Assembly: GCF_004010195.1 (NCBI RefSeq)
Contig: NC_057718.1
Location: 10,778,460-10,842,459 of the forward strand
DNA length: 64,000 nucleotides
Direction: 5' to 3'
DNA from: Chiloscyllium plagiosum
Taxonomy: Eukaryota
Shown here: positions 11,047 through 24,429 of the stretch, piece by piece
Layout of the letters: each line of letters starts with the position of its first letter
Numbering within the stretch: the first letter of the stretch is position 1
Translations under genes and position numbers: made by a program
The notes under the pieces: model-generated
Databases searched by the model: none
The model's input: the letters and a program-made list of their open reading frames with translations, nothing else
Told to the model about the DNA's origin: nothing

Positions 11047-13138
11047 AAAAGCAAATTACTGTGGATGTTGGAACCTGAAACCAAAAGAGAAAATGCTGGA
11101 AAATCTCAGCAGGTCTGGCAGCATCTGTAAGGAGAGAAAAGAGCTGATGTTTCAAGTCTAACTGACCCTTTGTCAAAGCTAAAAAACAAGGGAGAAATAG
11201 GGAGGTATTTATACCAGGCTGAGAGAAGGTGAGTCATGGCTCCAGAAGCAAAGGTAGCAATAAAGAGGTGATAATGGTGCATAGAGAGATTATAGGGAGA
11301 TTGGGAGCTGTGAATGACCAAGGCTGAAGCCAGTGCTATGTGACAAAATATGTGGGGGATAGGTGAAGCAGAGGCAAAGTGGAAAACAGGGGAGAAGGGT
11401 AGCAAAGGGGGAAGAGGAGAGGAAAATGGTGATGAGAGAGTGGGGAGCGAGAGAAAGAGAGACAATCAAGAAATAGGAGGTACAGAACATAAAGATATTT
11501 TTATTTAATTTATTTTAATTATGGAGCAGAATGAAAACAGAGGGGTCAAGATGGGATAATCATCTGAAGTTGTTGAATCATTGTTGAGACCGGCAGGCTG
11601 TAACGTGCCTAGTCGGAAGATGCGATGCTGTCCCTCCAGTTTGCGCTGAGTTTCACTGGAACATTGCAGCAGGCCAAGGACAGACATGTGGGCATGGGAG
11701 CAGGATTGTGTGTTGAAGTGGCAAGCCACAGGAAGATCCGGGACCTGATTGAATACAGACCGAAGCGATCACCCAGTCGACGTTTTGTCTCTCCGATATA
11801 GAGGAGACCACATTGGGAGCAATGAATGCAATAGACCAAATTGAAAGAGGTACAAGTGAAACGCTACTTAATCTGAAATGAGTGTTTGGGGCCTTGGATG
11901 GTGAGCATGGAAGAGGTAAAGGGGCAGGTGTTGCATCTTCTGCGATTGCATGGGAAGGTGCTGTGTGTGATGGGTGAGGTGTTAGGTGTGATGGAGGAGT
12001 GGACTAGGTTGTCCAGGAGGGAACAATCTCTGAGGAATGCAGACTGGGGAGGGCAGGGAAGATGTGTTTAGTGGTGACGTCATGTTGGAGTTAGCGAAAA
12101 TGGCGGAGGATTATTCTTTGCATGTGAAGGCTGGTGGGGTGAAAAGTGAGAACAAGAGGGACCCTATCCTTGTTCTGGGAGGGGAAGGAGGGGGTGAGGG
12201 TTATGGTGCGGGAGATGAACCGCACACTGTCGCGAGCCCTGTCAACAACTGTAGGTGGGAAGCCACGGTTGGAGAAGGAGCACATATTAAGAGCACCACT
12301 TTGGAAAGTGGCCTCATTGGAACAAATGTGGCAGAGGCGAAGGAGCTGAGGTACGAAGAGCTGTAATCCAGATAGCTGTGGGAATCAGTGGGCTTGTAAC
12401 GGATATTAGTGGATGGACTATTGCCGGAAATGGAGACCGAAAGGTCAAGGAAAGGAAGGCAAGTGTCAGAGATGGACCAGGTGAAGGTGATGGAGGGATG
12501 GAAATTGGAAATGAAGTTTATGAATTTTTTGCAGGTCAGGACGAGACCATGAAGCCGCACCAAAATAGTCATCGATGTACCGATAAAGCAGTTGTGGGAG
12601 GGGACCCGGGTAGGCCTGGAACAAGAAATGTTCCATATACCCCATGAAAAGGCAGGCATAGCTAGGACGCATGCGGGTACCCATTGCTACACCTTTTCAT
12701 TCTGCTCTGTAATTTTATTTCATTTAAAAAATTTTTTTTTCACTTCTGTACCTCCTATTTCTTGTCTCTCTTTCTTTCGCTCCCCACTCTCGTGTCACCT
12801 TTTTCCTCTCCTCTTCCCCCTTTGCTACCCTTCTCCCCTGTTTTCCATTTTGCCTCTGCTTCACTCATCTTCCCTTCTCTCCTCCCCCGCCCCCCCCCCA
12901 ATATTTTGTCACATAGCACTGGCTTCAGCCTTGGACATTCACAGCTCCTAACCTCCCTATAATCTCTCTATGCACTGTCATTATCACCTCTTTATTGCTC
13001 CCTTTGCTTCTGGAGCCATGACTCACAATCTCTCAGTTTAGTGTAAATACCTCCCTATTTCTCCCTTTTTTTTTAGCTTTGACAAAGGATCAGTTAGACT
13101 CGAAACGTCAGCTCTTTTCTCTCCTTACAGATGCTGCC
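11047..13138 (-). mobile_element. Penelope-like element (RT + GIY-YIG remnant) with long inverted terminal repeats
   Basis: MGTRMRPSYACLFMG...RYIDD, YKPTDSHSYLDY, VYCIHCSQCGLLYIGETKRRLGDRF; ~430-bp inverted repeats (~11117-11545 vs ~12695-13138); 15-bp TSD aaagctatttgtgat at 11032-11046 and 13139-13153. Confidence 0.92.
13075..13113 (+). ncRNA. Hammerhead ribozyme motif with variant core UUGACAA (U3:A8)
   Basis: agct-TTGACAA-a-ggatc(agtta)gactc-GAAA-cg-TC-agct; second copy on the - strand at 11142-11180 has the same TTGACAA. Confidence 0.6.
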
Positions 13139-13169
13139 AAAGCTATTTGTGATTTTTTTTCTGTAAATA

Positions 13170-13470
13170 GTTAGAGATGTACAGCATGGAAACAGACCCT
13201 CCAGTCCAACCTGTCCATGCTGACCAGATATCCCAACCAGATACTTCAATTAGATTTTCTTTCATTCCTCTAAACTCTAATGAATACAGGCCCAATCTGC
13301 TAACCCTTTCCTTATAAACCAACTCCTTCATCTTACGAATCAACCTATTGAAACTTCTCTGAGCTACCTTCCTGTAAATGTATCACTCCTAAAGTAGATT
13401 TTCCTTGAGTATCCTATATGCAGTCTTCCCAATCCCTGGAGAACTGTAACAAAACTTGCCTGCTTTCCTA
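13170..13470 (-). mobile_element. CR1 LINE fragments
   Basis: CR1 tail plus ORF YKERVSRLGLYSLEFR. Confidence 0.7.
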
Positions 13471-14387
13471 CAACCATCCGGAAGATGCTTTCACACAGTG
13501 ACTGATTAAGATGTGGAATGCGCTGCCTAAGACTGTGGTAGAGGCAGTTTGAATTGTGGTTTTCAAAAGAGAATTGGCTAATTATCCATAGGAGAAAAGG
13601 TATGCAGGATTGTGTGGTTAAAAATAAAACTGGGGAGTTGTTAGTGCAGTGATAATGTTGCTGGACTAGTAATCAAAAACCACAGGCTAGTAGTTGGGGA
13701 CATGGGTTTGAAACCTCTGTGGCAGATGTGAAATTTGAATTAAATTAAAACAAGAGCTGAAATAAAGTTAGTTAAATGTCAACCATGTTGATTGACGCAA
13801 AACTCTGTTTGATTCATAAATGTCTTTTTAGAGAAGGAAATCTGCCATTCTTACTTGGTCTGATGTACATGTGACACTTAACTGAACTCTAGCCAGGCCA
13901 GAATTTATTGTCGGAGTGATGCTGATATCTCATTTTTCGAAAATGTATGAGAGCGCGACTAGCTGAGTAGTTCCAACAGAGTCCCCAAAGTCATAATGGG
14001 CTGCATGGCCTCTTCCTGTGCTGTAACCATTCTGATTCTAATGTCTTGCTAACCTCCTACTGACTGTATTCTGGGATGTTTGCCATCTGGGCCAATGGCA
14101 CTTCACTTTCAGTTGTAAAACGGCAGCTGACACCATTAGCCTGGTATAGAAATATAATCGTTTTATATGTGCTCTTTTTGAAGTGTTTGATTTTGTTCCA
14201 ATATAGTCAGTTTACAAATTTGTCTGCTCTGCAAGAATCCAGCTAGCATCAGTGTTCATCACAATACATTTCAACAGACTTGTTTTACATAATTTGTTTT
14301 CAAGTATATGGATGTATTTCTCTACAATATGGGCTCAGGTTTACATGTTGATTTGAAGTGGAATTTTTGTGGTATTTGGAGATCTCA

Positions 14388-14496
14388 TGATGGGCTTATG
14401 CCTGAAATGTTGATTCTCCTGCTGCCTGACCTGCTGTGCTTTTCCAGCACTACACTCTCGACTCTGAGCTCCAGCATATGCAGTCCTCACTTTCGC
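14388..14496 (+). mobile_element. Decayed PLE terminal-repeat mini-element
   Basis: gggcttatgcctgaaatgttgattctcc...gtcctcactttc; imperfect flanking repeat tatttggagatctc/tattcgaagatctc. Confidence 0.75.
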
Positions 14497-15124
14497 CTAT
14501 TCGAAGATCTCCATGTGTGCTGACAATCTCTGGACAGTAAGTGTTTGTGGCAAAAAGGCACAATAACACTCTCAAGGCAGTTGAAGTGTAATTGGGTAGC
14601 AGCAAGTGACAGAGCGACAAAACTGTCTCTGCCTCTATTCCCGATAGTGTGGATGACATTTTTCACGTGGACTTTGGTCACTAATTCATTTCCAACAGTT
14701 GACTCCTGAACCCTCTGTCTAGGAACAGCCTGTTTCTAGTTCCTTCGGTGCAGTTGTGTGGCAAATAATTTAACAATGTGTGATATCTTCTCATCCCAGT
14801 TTTTCAACGACTGTAACTCCTTTGCACTATCTGACAATCACTATTCCATCACTTCTACCCCACAAATAAAAATGCTGAGACTGTGAAGCTATTAGACATA
14901 ATTATTTTTCTCCTCCTTGGTTTTTGCATTAATCAGTAAAGATCATTTTTACCTGCATTGGTCTAAATGCCACCAGACTTATTCTTCAATCTCTGCTCTC
15001 TAATGGAATAGAGATGATGGAGAGAGAAGTTTAGACTGTGTTACTGTGATGTGGACCCCATTGTGGCATCTCAACTTGTAACTTGCAATGTTTCAGTTGA
15101 CTTTCAAATTACAGTAAACTTTTG

Positions 15125-18100
15125 GTACGCAAAGAAGAGCGGTTTGTCAAGTTACTTGTGCAAATCAGTACAAAGGTGTATGATTTAGTTGCCATTACAG
15201 AAATGTGGTTGCAGGATAGTAATGACTCTGAATTAAATATCCAAGGGTATCAGGTAATTAGGAAGGATAGGCAGGAGGTAAGGGAGGTGCGGTCACGCTC
15301 TTAATTAAGGATGATATTAGGGTCTAAGGAGCAAAATGTTGAATCCATTTGTGTGGAAATCAGGAATAGTAAGGGGAAGAAGTCACTGGTGGGAGTAGTT
15401 TATAGTGCTACAGTGGCACAGGCGATCAATCAAGAAATATCTGATGCATGTAAGAATGGAATGGTAGTAGTCATGGAGGACTTTAACATGCACATTCATT
15501 GGCCAAATCAAGTCAGCAGAGGCAGTCTTGAAGAGGAATTCATAGAACTCAACAGCAATGACTTTTTTGAACAGCATGTTCCTGAACCTACAATGGAACG
15601 TGCAATTTTAAATCTGGTCCTTTGTAATGAGACAGATAAAATTAATCTAGTAGTTGAGGATACTCATGAAAAGAGTGATCACAATATGATCACATTTCAG
15701 ATACAAATGGAGGGTGAAATAGTATCATCTAAAACCAGGTTGTTATGTTTAAACAAGAGAGACTATAATCGGATGAGGAAGGAGTTGGCTAAATTAGACT
15801 GGGAACACAAGTTAAATGGTGGAACAGTAGAGGACTTTGAAAGAGATTTTTCAAGGAAAGTATATTCTGGTCAAAAGCAAGGGTAGGAGGTGCCAGCCTT
15901 GGATAACCAAGGAAATAAAAGAAGGCATCCAATTAAAAGCCCAGGCTTACAAAGTAGCCAAGAGTAGTGTGAAACAGGAAGATTGGGAAAACTTTTAAAA
16001 AGCAACAAAGAACCATGGAGCAAGAAATAAAGATTAGATTAGATTAGATTAGATTAGATTACTTAGTGTGGAAACAGGCCCTTCGGCCCAACAAGTCCAC
16101 ACCGACCCGCCGAAGCGCAACCCACCCAGACCCATTCCCCTACATTTACTCCTTCACCTAACACTACGGGCAATTTTGCATGGCCAATCCACCTACCCTG
16201 CACATTTTTGGATTGTGGGAGGAAACCGGAGCACCTGGAGGAAACCCACGCAGACACTGGGAGAATGTGCAAACTCCACACAGAGTGGCCTGAGGCGGGA
16301 ATTGAACCCGGGTCTCTGGCGCTGTGGGGCAGCAGTGCTAACCACTGTGCCGTCCAAGGAATGATTAGATTATGAATGCAAACTAGCAGAGAATATAAAA
16401 AAAACAGGTAGGATCAGCTTTTACAAATATATAAAACAAAAAAGGGTGGCTAAAGTGGATGTAGGTTCCTTGCAGGATGAGAAAGGGAAATTAATATTGG
16501 GTAATGCTAAAACAACAGAGGCCTTGAATAACTATTTGTGTCAGTCTTCACCGTGGGAGATGTGTCTAACATGCTAAAGAATGATGTTAAGGATACGATG
16601 GGAGTTGAGGATCTCAACTCCATTGTTATCACTAAAGGGGTAGTGTTGAGCAAACTTGAGAATCTAAAGTAGATAAGTCCCCTTGTCCTGATGGAATGCA
16701 TCCCAGGATGCTGAAAGAAATGGCAGAAGTTATAGAAGATGTGTGAGTGGTAATTTACCAAAATTCACTGAACTCTGGGCAGATCCTGGCAGACTGAAAG
16801 ACAGCGAATGTCACATTGCTGTTCAAAAAGGTATAGGCAAAAGGGGGTAACTTTCAGCTTAACATCTATAGTCAGGAAAATGCTGAGGGCTATTGTCAAA
16901 GAATAAACCAGTGAGATGTCTGGATGGAAAGGGTTCCATCAGGCAGATGCAGCATGGATTTCAGGAAGGGAAGGTTGTGTTTGACAAACGTAATGGAGTT
17001 CTTTGAGGATGTAACAAATGTAGTGGATGGAGGGTAACAGGTGAATGTTGTGGTTGTTATTCTAGAAGGCATTTGATAAGGTGCAGCATAAAAGACTCCT
17101 CTATAAGATAAGTATGCATAAAGTTGCGGGGAATGTACTCGCTTGGATAGAGGACTGGTTAACCAAGATAAAGTAAAGAGTTGGGACAAATGGGTTTTTT
17201 TCTGGTTGGAGATCCGTGGTGAGTGGGGTGCCACAGGGGTCGGTGTTGGGTCCGCAACTATTAATGATATATAGAAGCAGAGACAGTGTAACATATCCAA
17301 GTTTGCTGATGACACTGACGCTAAATTGAGTGGAAAGGCAAACTGCGTAAAGGATGTGGAGTATCTGCAGAGAGATTGAGATAGGTTAAGTGAATGGGCT
17401 AGGGTCTGGCAGATGTTGGTAAATGAGAGGTTATCCACTTTGGAAATAGAAATAGTAAGTCAGAGCATTATTTAAATGGTGAAAGATTGCAGCATGCTGT
17501 TGTGCAGAGGGACATAGGAGTGTTCGTACATGAATTGCTCAAAGTTGATTTACAGATGCAATGGGTAATCAGGAAGGCAAATGGAATATTGACTTTCATT
17601 GCGCGAGGGATTGAACTGAAGAGTAGGGAGGTTCTGTTGCAATTGTACAAGGTGTTGGTGAGGCTGCATCTGGAGTATTGGGTGCAGTTCTGGTCTTCTG
17701 ACTCTAAGGATATACTGGCTTTGGACGCAGTGCGGAGGAGGTTCACCAGATTGATTCTGGAGATGAGGGGGTTACCCTTTTGAGGAGAGGTTGAGCTGCC
17801 AGAGGCTGTAATTCGCTAGAATTTAGAAGATTGAGTGGGGATCTTATAAAATTCTGAAAGTGATACATAAGATAGAAGCAGGCAAGTTGTTTCTGCTGGT
17901 GGGTGAGACTAGAACTAGGAGACATGGCCTCAAGATTGTGGGGGTGGGGAAGTACATTTAGAACAGAGATGAGGAGGAACTGCTTTTCCCAGAGAGCACT
18001 GAATCTATGGAATTCTCTGCACATGGAAGCAGCAGAGGCAGCCTCATTTAATATATTCAAAACACAGTTGGATGGGTTTTTGCATGATAGGGGAATTAAG

Positions 18101-18230
18101 GATTATGGGGATAATGCAGGAAGGAGGAGCTGAGATGATGAATAAATCAGCCACGATCTTAATAAATGGCGGACCACGCTCAACGGGCCAAGTAGCCTAC
18201 TGCTTCTATTTTTGTGAAACTATGAAACTT
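15125..18230 (+). mobile_element. Long decayed CR1 LINE ORF2 (APE endonuclease + RT) and 3' UTR
   Basis: YDLVAITEMWL, GVVY, EDFN, SDHNMITF endonuclease motifs; FADD; LEYWVQFWS; WNSL; multiple frameshifts. Confidence 0.92.
16032..16355 (-). mobile_element. HE1-type V-SINE inserted in a CR1
   Basis: Reverse complement of the SINE at 622; (attag)n tail. Confidence 0.9.
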
Positions 18231-18419
18231 AATGCGGTGAGGCCCTGAGCCATAAGAGTGAATTCTTTAATTCCTGAAGTATTTTGGTAATCAACCTCTT
18301 CAGAGGTATTTCTGATTCAGAAATGGGGCATTATCACTGTGCAACAAGAGCCCCACTTGAACTCCTCATGTTTCTAATTCACCTCAGAGACGTTATGACA
18401 CACTCCTGAAGCAGTTAGG

Positions 18420-19098
18420 AAATTTCCCTGGGGTGGTGGAGTCCAGAACTAGAGGGCATAGGTTTAGAGTGAGAGGGGAAAGATATAAAAGGAACCTCGG
18501 GGGCAACGTTTTCAGAGAGGGTGGTGCATGTATGGAATGAGCTGCCAGAGGAAGTGATGATGGCTGGTACAATTACAGCATTTAAGCCATCTGGATGGAT
18601 ATTACATTACATTACAGTATGGAAACAGGCCCTTCGGCCCACTGGCCCGCCGAAGCGCAACCCACCCATACCCCTACATTTACCCCTATACCTAACACTA
18701 CGGGCAATTTAGCATGGCCAATTCACCTGATCTGCACATCTTTGGACTGTGGGAGGAAACCGGAGCACCCGGAGGAAACCCACGCAGACACGGGGAGAAC
18801 GTGCAAACTCCACACAGTCAGCCGCCTGAGGCGGGAATTGAACCTGGGTCTCTGGCGCTGTGAGGCTAACCACTGTGCCACCCACAGAAACTAGAGGAGT
18901 CTCCTGCCTGCTTTCTCCTTCAATCCACTTCCCATCCCTAATAATATATGAATATAGCAAGATATATGAATAGCAAGAGTTTAGGGGGCTATGGGCTAAG
19001 TGCTGGCAAATGGGGCTAGATTAGGTTAGGATATCTGGTCGGCGTGGATGAGTTGGACTGAAGGGTCTGTTTCCATGCTGTACATTTCTATGACTCTA
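18420..19098 (+). mobile_element. CR1 3' fragment interrupted by an HE1 SINE
   Basis: WNELPEEV motif; CR1 tail resumes at ~18945. Confidence 0.8.
18601..18882 (-). mobile_element. HE1-type V-SINE, head-deletion variant
   Basis: V-domain present; (attac)n tail; head reads ggttagcctcacag. Confidence 0.88.
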
Positions 19099-19104
19099 AC
19101 TCAG

Positions 19105-20155
19105 TCTCTCCACCATTTGATTATGGCTGATAAATTTCTTAATCTCATTCTGGGATTCTCAGTTGTATTCTGAGGTTCTCAATCCCAGTTGCCTGCCTTA
19201 TCCTGTAACCTCTGATCCCCTTACTAATAAAGAACCTATCTATTTCTGTCTTAAATATATTCAATCACTTGCCCTTCACAGCCTTAAGTCATTGAGTTCC
19301 ACAGATTCACCACCCTGTGGCTGAAGAAATTCCTCCTTCTCTCAGTTCTAAAGGGTCGTCCCTTGACACTGAGGCTGTGCTCTTAGGTCCTAGTCTCTCC
19401 AACTAATGGAAACATCTTCGCACCCATTCTATCCAGGCCTCTCATATTCTATAAGTTTAATTGAGATTCTCCCCCATATCTTTCTAAACGCCATTGAGTA
19501 CAGACCTAGAGTCCTCAACAGCTTCTCATATAACAAGCCCTTCATCCCTGGAATCATTCTTGTAATATCTTCTGAACCCCCTCCAAGGCTGGCATATCCT
19601 TCCTTGGATATGGGGCCCACAATTGCTCAATATTCCAAATGCGATCTGACTTGAGCCTTTTACAGCCTCAGCAGTGCGATCCTGCTTTTGATTTCTAATC
19701 CTCTTGAAATGAATGCAAATGTTGTATTTGTCTTCCTAACTGCCATGTGAACTTGAATGTTAACCTTGAGAGAATCCTGAACTAGGGGACTCAAGTCTGT
19801 GTTTCAGATTTCCAAAGCTTTCCCCATTTAGAAAACAGTTTATACCTCTTCTTCCTATGAAAATGCATAACCTCACTTTGCCAAATTGTTTTCCATCTGC
19901 CACTTTTTTGCCTCCTCTCCTGCAGCCTCCCCACTTCCTCATCACCTAACTATCCCTCCATTTTGTCTTTGTCATCTGCAAACTTAGCAACAATGCCCTT
20001 TGTTCATTCATCCAGATTGTTACTGTATAATAATGTAAAATTATGGTCCCAGCACTGACCCCTGCGGAACCCCACTAGTCACTGGCTACCATTTTGAAAA
20101 AGACTCATTTGTCCCAACTTTGTGCCTTCTGCCAGTCAGCCAATCCTCTCCATGG
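19105..20155 (-). mobile_element. Decayed CR1 LINE RT/3' fragment
   Basis: TRMIPGMKGLLYEK...LGLYS; ggggttccgcaggggtcagtgctggg (GVPQGSVLG) on the - strand. Confidence 0.85.
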
Positions 20156-20385
20156 ACAATTGGATTAGTCACTTAAATTTCCTTGCTTTCTGAATATCTT
20201 TGTTTTGTGCACATCAATATGCAGGAGTGTGCCTCCCTCTCCTCATGCCAAAGTGCATCAGAACTACATTGATGTCAAGGTTCGTGGTTGGCTTTTCAGA
20301 ATACAGAAACAAAATGTTGCAGACTCTGTCAGTTGTGGTTAAAAATAAAAGGTGCTGGTGGAAAAAATTAGCTTGGGCAGCATTG

Positions 20386-20684
20386 ATGTGGAGGTGCTGG
20401 TGTTAGACTGGGGTCAACAAAGTCAGAAGTCTCACAACACCAGGTTATAGTCCAACAGGTTTATTTGAAATCACAAGCTTTTGGAATGCAGCTCTTTCAT
20501 CAGGTGAAGTGGAGGGAAGTCCACAGGTGCAGAATTTATATGCAGAGAGATAATGGAAATCATTCTGCACAGAAAATTCTGTGCCTGTGTGCTTCTCTCA
20601 TCTGATGAAGGAGCAGTGAGCTGAAATCTTATGATTTCAAACAAACCTGTTGGACTATAATCTGGTGTCGTGTGACTTCTGACT
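20386..20684. mobile_element. Fold-back PLE mini-element (third terminal-repeat family) with decayed HHR
   Basis: Arms ~20419-20505 and ~20600-20685 are inverted; ctgatgaaggagcag..ctgaaa; TSD ttgggcagc(a/g)ttg at 20373-20385 and 20685-20697. Confidence 0.75.
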
Positions 20685-22704
20685 TTGGGCAGCGTTGGCA
20701 GGGAGAGACACAAGTTAATGTTACAAATAAATTGGGCAGCAGTTCTGACCAATTTTTTTTTCATTTTCTGTTTTTATTCTCTGTTGTCGAGAGGCAGATT
20801 GCGAAATGTTGAGTGAGGAAAAAGCTTTTGTTCATCCCAGTGTATTCCCCTAGATTTAGAAGATTGTTGCAATTACTAAATTTGTGTATGTTCAGGGTGC
20901 CACAGTGCAGTCTGGTCCTGAGCTTTATCAGTCTATTAGCCATATGGAGTTGTTAAGAAATATAGCCTGTGAAGCTCCAGTACTTTGAAAGCAGAGTGCA
21001 GTTATTTCAAATCTATGTGAACCAGACAATAGTAATGTTAATAGATTAGTTCCAAAGGATTTCAATTTGCTAGAATATCTTGGTACTGTAAATTTGTTTC
21101 TCAAGGAAAATGTACAATTATTATGTATTGACTATACTTTTCACTCTTGGTTCGAGTGCTGTAAGCAAATGGCACTCCCTCCCAAATATCAGGAACATCA
21201 TGAACATCTACTTAACATCCTTCTCGATGTTTATTCTACACTTGCATCTTTTTTTAATTTTTCCTTGTAAACAGAAAAACAACATTGAGGTATTAGGATC
21301 TCAATATCCCCGTCTCTAGTGCCTTCTTAATTAGAAGCTATGCAATGTTTAGACCTGTTGATGAGTGAAATGCTGGCATGCTTATTGATTGTATTTCTGA
21401 ATCTCAGCTGTCAAGGACATTTCTAAAATTACTCCGTTATCAGTTGCAAACTAACTAATGTTTGCAGTACTCAACTCACTTTTTTGCATGTAGGTAAATC
21501 TAGCAGATGGCACTTGTGTTGTTGCTGACATGTGATTTGAATTTTTCCAGTGATTGGTGGTGTTGGTTCCCTATTCGGTTTGTTACTCCAGTTAACCAAG
21601 CGAATATGAGAAGAAAGCAAAATCAACTGGAATAGATATTCTGTCCTTATTTGTTTAAACATTGGGGTTTAAGTTAACATAATTCTGTTCATCGTTTGTG
21701 AATGACTTTTCTGGGTTAGTTTTCAGACCTATGCCTGAATTGACTGAGACTGCTCCAGTTGACGTCAACACCACAGGGTAGAAAGGATTGTTAAAATAGT
21801 ATACAATGGGACATTTGACTTGGGACAAATAGAGATCTGATTTGTTTCTGTTTCTCTTTTGCTTGTTCTTTTTCACTTCATATGCTTTCTAAAAACAAGA
21901 ATCTGAATGAACTTGTATGTCCTGTGTTTTAAAATGCTCAGATAATTTGGACACATTATGCAAAAGGCATCTGGCTCTTAACCTTCAGATCATTTTAATA
22001 TTAGTCATCAATTATAATAAATAGTGGATTGGAGATTTCTGCAGCATTGTATTAGTATCAAGATAGGTCGCAAATTGGTAGGATGTGGTTTGTGACAGGA
22101 TTTCCTTAATTCAATGTTTGCAGTGTTGATACATGTTTAAAGGGGGTAAAAGAAAATGCAGGCTAGCTACTTACCCACAGGGAATGTCAGTTAGAATGGT
22201 AGCTTCTGCTCATTCATTTCAAGGAAGTATTACTGACTCGAGTGACAAGATTGTTCTTTTAAGTATCTTTCAGCTAGTTTTCCTATATTTTAGGTAGGGA
22301 AATCTTCATGAAAGAGACATTTTGAAAAGCATGTGTTGTCAGGTACAGAAAAGAATTAGAATTTACCCACTTCTTAAAAATTCAAAGCGCATCTGTCACA
22401 GCATGGTGAACTTGTTTAACTGGTCCTTATAACTTTTGCTTTTTTTCTGATTTATTTTTCTTCTTTTATGGGATTTGAGCTTTCTTGCTAAAGGCCAACG
22501 TTTTTATCTTCCTTTAATTGCCTTTGATTAGGTGGTAGTGAGCCACCTTTCTTGAACTTCACCAGTTTAGCTGTTGCAGATAGATCCGTAGTCTTTTAGG
22601 AAAGAAGTTCCAGCTTTTTGATCCAATCCAATAGCTGTATACTTTCAAGACAGGACAGGAAATTTGACGAAAGGACATTTATTTGCCTTATCTAAATCAT
22701 TTAA

Positions 22705-24380
22705 CAAAAGAAATCAATATTTGTAGGGAAATGGTGTTGGGGAAATTGAGATTAAAGACTGGTAAATTCCCAGGGCCCGATAATCTACATCTCTGGGTAC
22801 TTCAGGAAGTGACCCTAAAAATGTTGGATGCAGTGGTGGCAATCTTTCAAGATTATGTAAACTCTGGAATAGTTCTAATGGATTGGAGGATAGTTCATGT
22901 GATTCCACCTTTTTCTCTGTACACCTTAGTTTTAAAAAATGGGGAATTATAGACCAGTTAGCTTGACATTAGGGACAATGTTAGAATCCATTATAAAAGA
23001 TTTAATAGCAGTTACAGAATTCAACACAGTCAGCATGGATTTGCTAAAAGGAAATCATGGTTAAATCTGTTTGGAATTTTTCGAGGATATGACTAGTAGA
23101 ATTGATATAGAAGAGCTGGTAGATTTGGTTTACTTGGACTTTGAGGCTTTTTGTATGGTCCACATTCGAGCTTAGCATCTAAATTTAAAGTTTGTGGGTT
23201 TGGGGGTAATGCTATGGATAGAGAATTGTTCTGGCTATGGAGGGAGTGTAACAAAGGTTTACTAGACTAAATTCTAGGGTGGCAGGACTGATGCAGTGAA
23301 AGGAGTCTGAAGAAATATGATTGTATTCATTGGAGTTTAGAAGATTAAGGGGAGATCTAATAGAAACTTACAAGATAATACATGGCTTGGAGAGGGTGGA
23401 CGCTAGGAAATTGTTTCNNNNNNNNNNNNNNNNNNNNNNNNNNNNNNNNNNNNNNNNNNNNNNNNNNNNNNNNNNNNNNNNNNNNGGGACGCTAATTGTC
23501 TTCAAGGCAGAAATTGATAAATTTTGATGTCACAAGGAATTAAGGGCTACGGGGAGAATGCGGGTAAGTGGAGTTGAAATGCTCATCAGCCATGATTGAA
23601 TGGCAGAGTGGACTTGGATGGGCCGAATGGCCTTACTTCCGCTCATATGTCTTATGGTCTTATGAAAACTGGTTAGAACTATGTTGACTGGAATTCAAAA
23701 GAATGAGTGGCGATCTCATAAAAACATATAAAACTGTAACCGGACTAGACAAGGTAAATGCAGGAAGGATGTTCCCAATGGTTTTCGACTTCCCAGTCAT
23801 AGTTTAAGGATACCGGATAGGCCAATTAGCCCTCGGGAGGAGAAATTACAATTGTTGGACTGTTAATCCAGAGACCCCAGGTAATGTTTTGGGGATTGAA
23901 ATTCAAATCCCGTCAGGGCACATGGTAGAATTTGAGAGTTTAATAATGAGCATGAAGCTATTGTTGATTGTCCGAAATACCCATCTGATTCTTTAAACTC
24001 CTTTTAGGGAAGGAAATCTACCATCCTTATCTGGTATGGCCCATATGTGACTTCAGACCCACAGCAATGTGGTTGACTCTGAACTGCCCTCTGGGCAATT
24101 AGGAATGGACAATAAATAGTGGCCTCGCCAGCAATGGCTTCATCTGTGAATTAATTTTAAAAAACAGTGAGTGGGGATTTGCAGAATTCTCTGCCACAGA
24201 ATCAATTGAAGTCAAAACATTGAATATTTTCAAGAAGGTATTAATAAAGTTCTTGGGGCTTCAGAGATCAAAGGGTTTGGGAAGAAATTGGGAACAGCGT
24301 ACTAAGTTTGATGATCAGTTACGATTGTGTTGAATGGGAGAGCAGGCTTGAAAGGTTGAAATGGCCTATTCCTATTTTGC
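22705..24380 (+). mobile_element. Cluster of decayed CR1 fragments with an embedded SINE
   Basis: KFPGPDNLH, DWRI; YSLEFRRLRGDLIETYKI; CR1 tails at ~23660 and ~24370. Confidence 0.8.
23418..23485. other. Assembly gap (68 N) inside a CR1 3' end
   Basis: Run of n. Confidence 0.99.
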
Positions 24381-24429
24381 AACGTTGCTGTTTCATTGGA
24401 GAGAACCATGCAGGCAGTGATGCTCTCTG

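Noticed and set aside
16031..16061. (attag)n arrays here and at 52051, superficially telomere-like
   Set aside because: They are the SINE 3' microsatellite tails.
21727..21777. Exon-like stretch PMPELTETAPVDVNTT
   Set aside because: Weak donor and no similarity to KIF13B or any protein I recognise.
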